A stretch of DNA of 64,000 bases from the NCBI GenBank assembly GCA_938041455.1, contig CALITO010000003.1, forward strand, positions 98,548 to 162,547. Direction: 5' to 3'. The notes beneath the pieces are model-generated. The model was not told the origin of the DNA, made no database searches, and saw nothing but the letters and a program-made list of their open reading frames with translations. Positions within the stretch are counted from its first letter, which is position 1. Every line of letters begins with the position of its first letter. Positions 1-8,019 of this stretch are shown in pieces. The position numbers and the translations under genes are program-made. The stretch comes from an uncultured bacterium. GTDB lineage: Bacteria > Armatimonadota > JACIXR01.

Positions 1-469
1 TCGTTTCCCGAATACCACTCCTAAAACCCTAAATATTGTGGCCAGGCTTATGCGCGCGGGGGGAGATCTTGAAAAAATTTATAGAAGGCTTTATGAGGAG
101 CGAAGCGAAGGATACTTGAAGATATTAGGGGAGGTGCTCTTAAGGGCGAGGATTAATTGTGGGGGCAAAGTCATTACCTCCTACATCTTAGATGAGGACC
201 GTGAAAAATATGATGTGGAAGAGGGGGAATTAGAGGGAATCGTGAATTACCTCCGCCTTCTTAGAGATTGGCAGGTCGTCTTCCTGCTAAAGGAGAGAAG
301 GGATGGTATCAGGGTGAACATCCGTTCTCGCTCCCTCGACGCGGGGAAATTTGCCCAACTCTTCGGAGGCGGAGGACATAAAGAAGCAGCTGGTTGCACT
401 ATACATCTATCCCTCGAGGAAACCCAAAATATCCTGATGGAGGAACTAAAAAAGTGGATGGTGTGTTGA
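1..469 (+). CDS. DHH/DHHA1 phosphoesterase (NrnA-like), C-terminal fragment; the 5' end lies upstream of the window
   Basis: The frame is open from the window edge to TGA at 467-469. It carries the DHHA1 GGGH motif (FGGGGHKEAAG). The position upstream of truB is typical of the rbfA-nrnA-truB arrangement. Confidence 0.65.
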   Translation, partial: RFPNTTPKTLNIVARLMRAGGDLEKIYRRLYEERSEGYLKILGEVLLRARINCGGKVITSYILDEDREKYDVEEGELEGIVNYLRLLRDWQVVFLLKERRDGIRVNIRSRSLDAGKFAQLFGGGGHKEAAGCTIHLSLEETQNILMEELKKWMVC

Positions 470-1353
470 ATGTATATAAACACCCAGGGCCTACTTCACA
501 CGATATAGTGGAGATGGCGAGGAAAGCACTGGGGATTAAAAAAATAGGGCACGCAGGAACCCTTGACCCTCTTGCTGAAGGAGTTTTGCTCCTTTGTATC
601 GGTAAAGGCACTCGTTTAAGCGACTACTTAGCAGACCTTCCCAAAGAATATCTTGCGGAATTCACCTTCGGTATAACTACTTCCACTTATGATGGGGAAG
701 GGGAGATAACCTCTCAAAGCGACGAAAAAGTTTCGGAAGAAGCGGTCAGAAAAATCCTTGGGGAGTTCATAGGCGAGATAGAACAGGTTCCCCCTCCTTC
801 CTCCGCCATTCATCACAAAGGGAAGAGGCTCTACGAGTGGGCAAGACAGGGAGTGCAGATAGAACTACCCCCTCGTAAGATAACTATCTACAGGTTGGAA
901 TTGGAGAACTTTCAACCGGAGGAAAGAAAGGGGTTATTCAGGATAACCTGCTCGAAGGGGACATACATAAGGGCTTTGGCAAGGGATATGGGGGAAAAGA
1001 TAGGAACCGGAGCTTATCTATCCCGTCTCATTAGAACTGCGGTGGGACCCTTTAAAGCCGAGGAAGCTTTCCCAGCCTCCCGGCTTAGGAAGGAAGAAAG
1101 AGAGGAAATAGAGAGGGGTATTATCCCTCTAATGGATGCTCTGCCCCATTTCCCCCTCTTCATAGTGGACTATCAGAAAGCTATAAAGATAGCCTCTGGA
1201 ACTTCACTTCCTCTGAATCAAGTTCCTTTCTCAATAGGGGAAAATGTGAGGGTGGTGAGCGAAAATAAACGATTAATCTCTATAGGAAGAATTACCATTA
1301 AAGAGGGGAAGCTTTACCTTAAGCCGGAGAAGGTTTTCGGTTATGAGTGGTAG
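463..1353 (+). CDS. truB: tRNA pseudouridine(55) synthase TruB
   Basis: Contains the GHAGTLDPLAEGVLLLCIGKGTR catalytic motif and a PUA-like C-terminus. The start is probably GTG 463 (N-terminus VLNVYKHPGPTSHD) in a GTGA overlap with the upstream stop. The ORF-track start at 394 would overlap the upstream gene by 76 nt. Confidence 0.85.
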   Translation: MLNVYKHPGPTSHDIVEMARKALGIKKIGHAGTLDPLAEGVLLLCIGKGTRLSDYLADLPKEYLAEFTFGITTSTYDGEGEITSQSDEKVSEEAVRKILGEFIGEIEQVPPPSSAIHHKGKRLYEWARQGVQIELPPRKITIYRLELENFQPEERKGLFRITCSKGTYIRALARDMGEKIGTGAYLSRLIRTAVGPFKAEEAFPASRLRKEEREEIERGIIPLMDALPHFPLFIVDYQKAIKIASGTSLPLNQVPFSIGENVRVVSENKRLISIGRITIKEGKLYLKPEKVFGYEW

Positions 1354-2245
1354 AACCATTCTCCCCGGGACATTTGATGGTGTCCACTTAGGGCATCGTT
1401 TCCTCCTCGAGAAAGCGAAGGAAGTAGTAGGTGATACCCGCATTACCGTCCTCACCTTCAATCCTCATCCTCTTTTCCTTCTGGGTAAAATAAAAGGGGA
1501 TTTCCTTTTGACTACACAAGGGGAAAAGGAAGAGCTCTTGCGCTCAGCGGGGGTAGACGAGGTGATAACCCTTCCATTCGATGACACCCTTCGTAATATG
1601 TCTCCCGATGTATTCTGGAAGGAAATCCTTGTGGATACGCTAAAGATGAGGAAGATAATCGTAGGCGAGGATTTCCGCTTCGGGAGAAATAGGGAAGGAG
1701 ATAGGGATGTTATCGCTAAATTGGGTTCTCTCTACAAGGTGGATGTTTTGGTGTTTCCCCCCTTTAAGATAGGAGGGAAGATAGTTAAAAGTGAGGAGAT
1801 AAGGAAACTGTTGAGGAAAGGGATGGTGAAGGAGGCGAGTAAGCTACTAGGACGGCTTTATTCCCTTAGGGGGAAGGTAGTAAGGGGAGAAGGGTTGGGG
1901 CATAAACTCGGCTGTCCCACGGCTAATTTAGAGATCCCTTCAGAGAAATTGAAACCTATGAAGGGGGTCTACGCAGTAAAGGTGAAAATGAGGAACAGTT
2001 GTTTTAACGGGATCTGCTATATAGGAAATAGACCAACTCTCTCTCCCGAGAGAGAGACCGTTTGTGAGGTGCATATATTTGACATCAAGGGGGATTTACT
2101 GGGGCTAACTATGGAGATATTATTCCTTGAAGCCATAAGAGAGGAAAAAAAGTTCCCCTCACTTGAAGAACTTTCCCGGCAAATAGAGAAGGATATACTC
2201 GAGGCACAGCGCATCCTTTTGACGAGCGATATAGAGGCTTGCTAA
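1343..2245 (+). CDS. ribF: bifunctional riboflavin kinase / FMN adenylyltransferase RibF
   Basis: Carries the GTFDGVHLGH nucleotidyltransferase motif and a C-terminal riboflavin kinase region (GRPTLS...EVHIFD). It overlaps the truB end by 11 nt. Confidence 0.9.
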   Translation: MSGRTILPGTFDGVHLGHRFLLEKAKEVVGDTRITVLTFNPHPLFLLGKIKGDFLLTTQGEKEELLRSAGVDEVITLPFDDTLRNMSPDVFWKEILVDTLKMRKIIVGEDFRFGRNREGDRDVIAKLGSLYKVDVLVFPPFKIGGKIVKSEEIRKLLRKGMVKEASKLLGRLYSLRGKVVRGEGLGHKLGCPTANLEIPSEKLKPMKGVYAVKVKMRNSCFNGICYIGNRPTLSPERETVCEVHIFDIKGDLLGLTMEILFLEAIREEKKFPSLEELSRQIEKDILEAQRILLTSDIEAC

Positions 2246-2601
2246 TTCTTCCCTATAGGGGTAAAATTAGGAATATGTATACGCAGGAACTAGTTAGGGA
2301 AGAAAGCGTCGTCCACATATTTGGACTCCTTTGCTGGTTTTTACCTTGCCTCGGATTCTTCGGAGGTGCTATATCCTCCCTTATTAAAAAGAGAGGAAGT
2401 TATCTTCTATGGGGTATGGGGCTTGGATTAATAGGTCCTTTAAACCTCCTATTATGGAGTTTGTATAGTGGACTACTTGATAAATTCGGCTTCGATAGTG
2501 TGAAGGCTTTCTTTTTAAACATCCTCGTCTTCGTCTCGATTGGGATACTATTGGGCTTCTTTTTAGCCTTTCTTTTTAAATTTCGCAAGAAGGAGGTTTG
2601 A
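2239..2601 (+). CDS. hypothetical small membrane protein (about 3 TM segments)
   Basis: Hydrophobic ORF wedged between ribF and ilvC with overlaps at both ends. No recognisable motif. Confidence 0.4.
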   Translation: MLILPYRGKIRNMYTQELVREESVVHIFGLLCWFLPCLGFFGGAISSLIKKRGSYLLWGMGLGLIGPLNLLLWSLYSGLLDKFGFDSVKAFFLNILVFVSIGILLGFFLAFLFKFRKKEV

Positions 2602-2606
2602 GAAAA

Positions 2607-3602
2607 GTGGCAAGGATATTCAAAGATGAAGAGGCAAACTTTGAGGTCCTCAAGGACAAAACAATTGCCATAATTGGTTATGGCAATCAGGGAGAAGCTC
2701 ATTCTCTTAATCTAAGGGATTCCGGTTTGAGAGTAATAGTGGCGGAGCTTCCCGATTCACCTGCCTGGAGAAGAGCTGAGGAAGCAGGTTTTAGTGTTGT
2801 GAGTGCGAAGGAAGCTGCGAGTATGGGGGATGTGGTTATGCTTCTCGTTCCCGATACTATTCAACCAAGGCTTTGGGAAGAGGAAATCGCCCCCAATATA
2901 AGGGAAGGTATTGCTCTTGGATTCGCTCACGGCTTTAACATCCACTATAACCAAATTAAACCACCTTCCACTATAGATGTTTTTATGGTTGCTCCAAAGG
3001 GTCCTGGGCGCCTGGTAAGGAGGATGTTTGAGGAAGGGAAGGGAGTTCCAAGCCTTGTAGCGGTGGAACAGGATGTTACTGGTTCCGCTTGGGATATCGC
3101 TCTTGCTTATGCGAAGGGGCTCGGTTCCACAAGGGTTGGGGTTATCCAGACTACCTTCAAGGAGGAAACAGAAACTGACCTTTTCGGTGAGCAGGTCGTC
3201 CTTTGTGGAGGAGTTACCGCCCTCATAAAAGCTGGCTGGGAGACATTGGTTGAGGCGGGATACCAGCCGGAGGTTGCCTATTTTGAATGTCTTCACGAGC
3301 TTAAATTGATAGTGGACCTCATTTACGAAGGTGGGATAGCCTATATGCGCCGCAGTATAAGCGATACCGCTGAATATGGCGATATGACGAGGGGACCACG
3401 TATCATTGACGAACTCGTAAGAGAGGAAATGAAGGAAATATTGAAGGAGATACAAAGGGGCGAGTTCGCCAGGGAGTGGATAATGGAGGGGAGGGCAGGG
3501 ATGCCGGTCTTCAATGCCCTGCGCAGAATAGAGGCTCAGCATCCCCTGGAAGAAGTGGGCAGAGAAATGCGTAAACTTATGCCCTGGTTGAAGCAAGGTT
3601 AA
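2607..3602 (+). CDS. ilvC: ketol-acid reductoisomerase IlvC
   Basis: Carries the [21 protein letters not shown] Rossmann motif and class I KARI length. GTG 2607 sits 10 nt after the AAGGAGG site at 2589-2596, whereas the ORF-track TTG 2598 abuts that site. Confidence 0.9.
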   Translation: MARIFKDEEANFEVLKDKTIAIIGYGNQGEAHSLNLRDSGLRVIVAELPDSPAWRRAEEAGFSVVSAKEAASMGDVVMLLVPDTIQPRLWEEEIAPNIREGIALGFAHGFNIHYNQIKPPSTIDVFMVAPKGPGRLVRRMFEEGKGVPSLVAVEQDVTGSAWDIALAYAKGLGSTRVGVIQTTFKEETETDLFGEQVVLCGGVTALIKAGWETLVEAGYQPEVAYFECLHELKLIVDLIYEGGIAYMRRSISDTAEYGDMTRGPRIIDELVREEMKEILKEIQRGEFAREWIMEGRAGMPVFNALRRIEAQHPLEEVGREMRKLMPWLKQG

Positions 3603-3605
3603 TAG

Positions 3606-3971
3606 ATGTATGGTATTATCCTGAGGGAAAGTTTTAGTGCTGCTCATTTCTTAAAAGGTTATAGGGGAAAATGCGAGCGGATACATGGACATAATTATTG
3701 GGTGGAACTCCATATTCAAGGTAAAGAGTTGGACAGAGTGGGGATCCTTTGGGATTTCGCTGAGGCGAAAAAAGTCTTGAGGGGGGTCTTGGATGAGCTG
3801 GATCACTCCTTGCTCAACGAGGAACCCATCCTCGGCTCCCTTAACCCTACGGTGGAAAACATCGCTCGTCATATATTTGAGAGGGTGAAAGCACAGATTC
3901 CCTCTCACTTGCTTTTAAAGCGGGTAACTGTTTGGGAGACGGATAATAGCGCTGGCTATTATGAAGAATAG
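3606..3971 (+). CDS. queD: 6-carboxy-5,6,7,8-tetrahydropterin synthase QueD
   Basis: 121 aa with a T-fold signature (CERIHGHNYWVE). Confidence 0.85.
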   Translation: MYGIILRESFSAAHFLKGYRGKCERIHGHNYWVELHIQGKELDRVGILWDFAEAKKVLRGVLDELDHSLLNEEPILGSLNPTVENIARHIFERVKAQIPSHLLLKRVTVWETDNSAGYYEE

Positions 3972-4641
3972 GGAGAATTTCCTCGTCCTCCTTTCCGCGG
4001 GGCTGGATTCAACAGTTAATCTCAAACTGGCGTCCTTGCGCGGCAATGTCCTTCTTGCCCTCACATTTGATTATGGGCAAGTTGCAAGAGAGCAAGAGAT
4101 TAAGCGGAGTGCCTTGATTTGCAGAGAATTGGGCGTGCCCCACAAAGTAGTGGAATTACCTTGGCTCAGAGAAATAGCCAAAAGTGGGTTGTTAAGCGGG
4201 GAAGTGCCCAGGATAAGGGATGGTAAAGAATTAGGGAAGAGGTCTTGGGAGCAAGTTTGGGTGCCTGGTAGGAACCTCCTCTTCATTTCCATAGGGGTCG
4301 CTTTCGCTGAGGCGATGGAAGCAGATGGGGTGGTCTGCGGCTTTAATAAGGAGGAGGGAGAAATATTTCCCGATAATTCACCTTCCTTCGTTTCCGCTAT
4401 GAACTCCCTTCTTCAATACGCTTCACTAAGAGAGATAAAAGTTATTTCCTTCACTCAAGATATGGACAAGGGAGAGATAGCGAGATTGGGTTGGGAGATA
4501 GGAGCCCCTCTCCAGCATTGCTGGCCTTGCTACCTGGGAGGGGAGGAGATATGCGGGGAATGTGAGTCCTGCTTCAGATTTTTAAGAGCCCTTAAAAAGG
4601 CGGGATTATACGAAATATGGAAGGAAAAAAGGAGACTATGA
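3961..4641 (+). CDS. queC: 7-cyano-7-deazaguanine synthase QueC
   Basis: Carries the N-terminal PP-loop LVLLSAGLDSTV and a C-terminal Zn-binding Cys cluster (CWPCYLGGEEICGECESC). Confidence 0.9.
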   Translation: MKNRENFLVLLSAGLDSTVNLKLASLRGNVLLALTFDYGQVAREQEIKRSALICRELGVPHKVVELPWLREIAKSGLLSGEVPRIRDGKELGKRSWEQVWVPGRNLLFISIGVAFAEAMEADGVVCGFNKEEGEIFPDNSPSFVSAMNSLLQYASLREIKVISFTQDMDKGEIARLGWEIGAPLQHCWPCYLGGEEICGECESCFRFLRALKKAGLYEIWKEKRRL

Positions 4642-5189
4642 GGACCCTCTTTCTCAAGGAAAGAGTTCTTTACGATGGTAGCCAGCTACATTCTCATTGG
4701 GCCTATAAGAATTATTCGCTCCTTGGTGATAGCGTAGTTGCCTTTATCGGTCCTTGTGAGGTAAAAAAAGAGGAAATGGTGGATTTGGAGGATTTTCTGA
4801 AAGGGGAGGTTATAAGAGCGGAGGAAATGTTGCATTTCATTTGTGAGCATTTTGGCTTAGATTTGAGGGAGACGGTCTACCGTCAGAGGTTGCTAATCGT
4901 CTGTGCTAAGGAAGCACTTGAAGAGAGAGGGTTAAGAATCCTGAGGGTAGGGGACGATTTGTTCTACAATCAAAGAAAGCTTTCCATATCCATAGCCACC
5001 ATTACTCCCCTCTCGGGTAAAATACATCTCGGAATAAATATAGACCCCCGGGGAGCGCCCTTGCCAGCAGTGGGCTTAAAGGAGATAGGAATAGAACCCG
5101 TTGGTTTTGGGGAGGAAGTAATGAGGCGGTATAAAGAGGAAATAGAAGGAATACATACCACTATGTATAAGGTGAAGGGGGTGCCTTGA
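4638..5189 (+). CDS. uncharacterised 183-aa protein embedded in the que operon
   Basis: ATG 4638 overlaps the queC stop (ATGA) and is preceded by AAGGAG. No motif recognisable by eye. Its position between queC and queE implies co-transcription. Confidence 0.5.
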   Translation: MRTLFLKERVLYDGSQLHSHWAYKNYSLLGDSVVAFIGPCEVKKEEMVDLEDFLKGEVIRAEEMLHFICEHFGLDLRETVYRQRLLIVCAKEALEERGLRILRVGDDLFYNQRKLSISIATITPLSGKIHLGINIDPRGAPLPAVGLKEIGIEPVGFGEEVMRRYKEEIEGIHTTMYKVKGVP

Positions 5190-5193
5190 TTCT

Positions 5194-5952
5194 TTGCTCG
5201 AGCTTCCCCAAGCCTACATATATGAGATTTTTTCAACTATCCAAGGGGAGGGGATATATGTGGGGGAGAGGGAGGTATTTATCCGCTTTTGCGGGTGCAA
5301 CATTTCTTGCCCCTACTGTGACACCGAGTTCGCCTTGAAAAGGGTTTCCGCCTGCCTAGTGGAAAAGGAAGCAGGAATACGAGAATTTGATGTCCGTCCC
5401 AATCCCATAGGTCCTGAGGAGCTTGTTAAATTGCTCGCCCCTCTTTTGAAGAACCAGAAAATCCATCATTCCCTTTTTCTTACCGGGGGGGAACCCTTGA
5501 TTTGGGGTCAATTCCTTGCCCATTTCCTTCCCCAAGCGAGGAGGGTTTTCAACCTTCCCATAACATTGGAGACCAATGGGACCTTGCCTTCCGAGCTCGC
5601 CAGGGTTCTTCCCTGGATTGACATAATCTCTATGGATTATAAGCTACCCTCCACAATGGGAGGGGCAAATTATGCGGATGCGCACAAGGAATTCCTCCTC
5701 TTGGCCAAAAGCAAGGATGTTTTCCTGAAGTTCGTCCTAACAGCCTCTGTGGGCTTGGAGGAATTAAGAGAAGCATTCGCAATGGTTCATAAGTTGGGAG
5801 ATTTCCCCATCGTTCTTCAGCCAGTTACACCGGTTGAAAATATCCAACCTCCCAGCGAAGTCCTATTGCTCAAGATGCAGGAGATAGGAAAGGAGTTCTT
5901 CAGCAGGGTGAAGGTTTTACCACAAATGCACAAACTAATGAGGATAAGATGA
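5194..5952 (+). CDS. queE: 7-carboxy-7-deazaguanine synthase QueE (radical SAM)
   Basis: Carries IFSTIQGEGxxxG followed by a CGCNISCPYC cysteine cluster, as at the QueE N-terminus. A TTG start is likely. Confidence 0.85.
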   Translation: MLELPQAYIYEIFSTIQGEGIYVGEREVFIRFCGCNISCPYCDTEFALKRVSACLVEKEAGIREFDVRPNPIGPEELVKLLAPLLKNQKIHHSLFLTGGEPLIWGQFLAHFLPQARRVFNLPITLETNGTLPSELARVLPWIDIISMDYKLPSTMGGANYADAHKEFLLLAKSKDVFLKFVLTASVGLEELREAFAMVHKLGDFPIVLQPVTPVENIQPPSEVLLLKMQEIGKEFFSRVKVLPQMHKLMRIR

Positions 5953-5955
5953 GAT

Positions 5956-7047
5956 ATGTCCGTAGCGATGATAGGTATAAGCAAAGGAAGAGGAGAGTTA
6001 AAGGGAGAGGAGCGTTATATTAGGGCTATCGAGGAGGCAGGTGGTAAAGCTGTTATCCTTCCCCCCGGCAAGGGAGAGATAATACACAAATTAAATGGTT
6101 TGCTTTTGCCAGGGGGAGGAGATGTAAAGCCTTGTTTTTATGGGGAGGTTGAGCAAGGAAGCGAATCCATAGATGAGGAGAGGGATAAATGGGAGATAGA
6201 ACTTGCCCGCAGTTTCTTTAAGGAAGGAAAATCTATATTGGGAATATGCAGAGGGGCGCAGGTGTTGAACGTTTCCCTCGGGGGAACCCTCCATCAAGAT
6301 ATTAAAGGGCATAGGGAAGGGAGGCATTTGATCAAGATAGAAGAAGAGAGCTTGCTCTCTGATATCCTTGAGGGGATAAAGGAGATAGAGGTTGATTCCT
6401 CTCATCATCAAGCGGTAAAGGAAGTTGCTCCTTCTCTAAAGGAGGATGCCCGGAGCGGGGATGGCATTATAGAAGGGATAGAAGGAGAGGGTTTTATCCT
6501 CGGCGTTCAGTTCCATCCAGAAAGGATATATAAAGAGCAACCCATTATTTTCAATATATTTAAAAAATTCGTTCGAGCCTCTAAACGGGAGATATATACC
6601 TTAGGAACAAGCACGAGAAATTGGGAAGAGTTCATAGAAATCTTGAAGGCTTATGATGTGGAAGAAGTAGTGGATGTTAGAAGATTTCCTCTGAGCCGGT
6701 TGGAATGGTTCAGGAAGGAGGAACTTGAGAAGAGGTTGAGGGGAGAGGGGTTATTTTATATATGGATGGGCGAAGGATTGGGAGGCTATCGCTCACCTAG
6801 TTACCAAGCATACACTCGGACAGAGGAGTTCGGAGAAAGTTTGAAAAAATTATCTCAGCGAGCTTTGAGAAAGAGAGTGGTGATAATCTGTGCTGAGGCT
6901 TTACCCTGGCGATGCCATAGACGCTTCATAGCAAGTGCTATGGAGGAGAGGGGCTGGAAAGTTACCCATATAATAAGCAAAGGGAAAGAATGGTGCCCCA
7001 CTGAAAGGGTCCATCCCGAGGACGACCTCTTTTCGGAGGATGTTTAA
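5956..7047 (+). CDS. class I glutamine amidotransferase-like (peptidase C26 / gamma-glutamyl hydrolase-like) domain fused to a DUF488 domain
   Basis: The N-terminus carries the GICRGAQ nucleophile-elbow Cys and GVQFHPE His, matching the C26/GATase1 fold. The C-terminus carries IYTLGTS...VVDVRRFP...CAEALPWRCHRRFIA, typical of DUF488 (YeaO-like). Confidence 0.7.
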   Translation: MSVAMIGISKGRGELKGEERYIRAIEEAGGKAVILPPGKGEIIHKLNGLLLPGGGDVKPCFYGEVEQGSESIDEERDKWEIELARSFFKEGKSILGICRGAQVLNVSLGGTLHQDIKGHREGRHLIKIEEESLLSDILEGIKEIEVDSSHHQAVKEVAPSLKEDARSGDGIIEGIEGEGFILGVQFHPERIYKEQPIIFNIFKKFVRASKREIYTLGTSTRNWEEFIEILKAYDVEEVVDVRRFPLSRLEWFRKEELEKRLRGEGLFYIWMGEGLGGYRSPSYQAYTRTEEFGESLKKLSQRALRKRVVIICAEALPWRCHRRFIASAMEERGWKVTHIISKGKEWCPTERVHPEDDLFSEDV

Positions 7048-7056
7048 TGACTGAAA

Positions 7057-7980
7057 TTAACGGGGTGGGGAATAACCTTCCAAGGGTGCGAAGGCATCCA
7101 CCCAAGGTTGGAGCAGACGGCGCTTATCCTCCGGAAGGCGGAAGTAAGCCCTTACTCCTGCCGAAATTATAGGTTCAGCGAAGCTCGCTACTTGGGATTG
7201 CCTCTCAGGTGGTAGGGAGAGGAAGGCATTAACAGCGTTGGATAAGAAGACGGCGACATTCTGTATGATCCCGTCTCTTTGCTCAGGTGGTAGGGAAAAA
7301 AGACGGTCGAACAAGTTGCTCATCAGGTTCACTCGTTCCTCAGGTGACAACTGAAGAAATCTTTGATAGTTCTCCATAAATCGCTGGGGACCACTGGCTG
7401 GGGAAACTTCTTCTCCCTCTCCGCCAAATACTTGGGAGAAGTCATCCAGGTTTAAGGAAATGGTGGGCTTTGTTATGATATAAACTTTCTCCCAGTATAC
7501 CCCAGCGGAAGAACAGAGCCTGTCTATGATCCTTTCTATTCTTTGGTTTTTAAAACTGAGAGCATTCGTTGTGCCCTTTACATTAGGGTTCACCAGTATC
7601 CTAATTTTGCTCTCTTTTTCCAGTGCCTGTAAAGCATCGCTCAAAGGCGTTCCCTTATCAAAACTTATGGATACCAGGGGACCACCTAAGACCCGGGGCT
7701 TTTTAGTTTTTTGAGTAGAAACGAGGTAGCCCTCCTCCCACCTTGCAGAAACCTGGCTGGTGAGAGCATTCAAAACCTCCGATAAAGCCGCTTTATTAGC
7801 TTCGAGAGAAACCCTCTTCTCTATCGGTGATAGGACCAGTATTTTTACTCCCGCCTTTTCCTCTATCATTTTCACAGCGGAGTGGAAAGGCTCATCGATC
7901 ACCTTGAAGGTCAACAATGGGGAAGCGGCCAAACAAAGTCCTGTGATGCTAATGGTTACTAAAAGCAAATATCTTCTCAT
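7057..7980 (-). CDS. secreted protein with two STN-like (secretin/TonB N-terminal) domains
   Basis: Has a signal peptide and an AAGGAGGTG site 8 nt upstream of ATG 7980. The ISFDKGTPLSDALQALEKESKIRILVNP motif resembles an STN domain. Confidence 0.5.
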   Translation of the reverse strand: MRRYLLLVTISITGLCLAASPLLTFKVIDEPFHSAVKMIEEKAGVKILVLSPIEKRVSLEANKAALSEVLNALTSQVSARWEEGYLVSTQKTKKPRVLGGPLVSISFDKGTPLSDALQALEKESKIRILVNPNVKGTTNALSFKNQRIERIIDRLCSSAGVYWEKVYIITKPTISLNLDDFSQVFGGEGEEVSPASGPQRFMENYQRFLQLSPEERVNLMSNLFDRLFSLPPEQRDGIIQNVAVFLSNAVNAFLSLPPERQSQVASFAEPIISAGVRAYFRLPEDKRRLLQPWVDAFAPLEGYSPPR

Positions 7981-8019
7981 TTTTTAAACACCTCCTTTAC
8001 CGAGATTATTTTACCATTT

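Noticed and set aside
394-1353. N-terminal extensions in the ORF track for truB (394), ilvC (2598), the 4617 ORF, htpX (12342), rplU (37719), proA (42389) and the YfhO gene (10269).
   Set aside because: The extensions overlap upstream genes by 20-90 nt or place the start codon directly on the Shine-Dalgarno sequence. Internal starts give canonical protein N-termini with properly spaced ribosome-binding sites or ATGA/GTGA overlaps.
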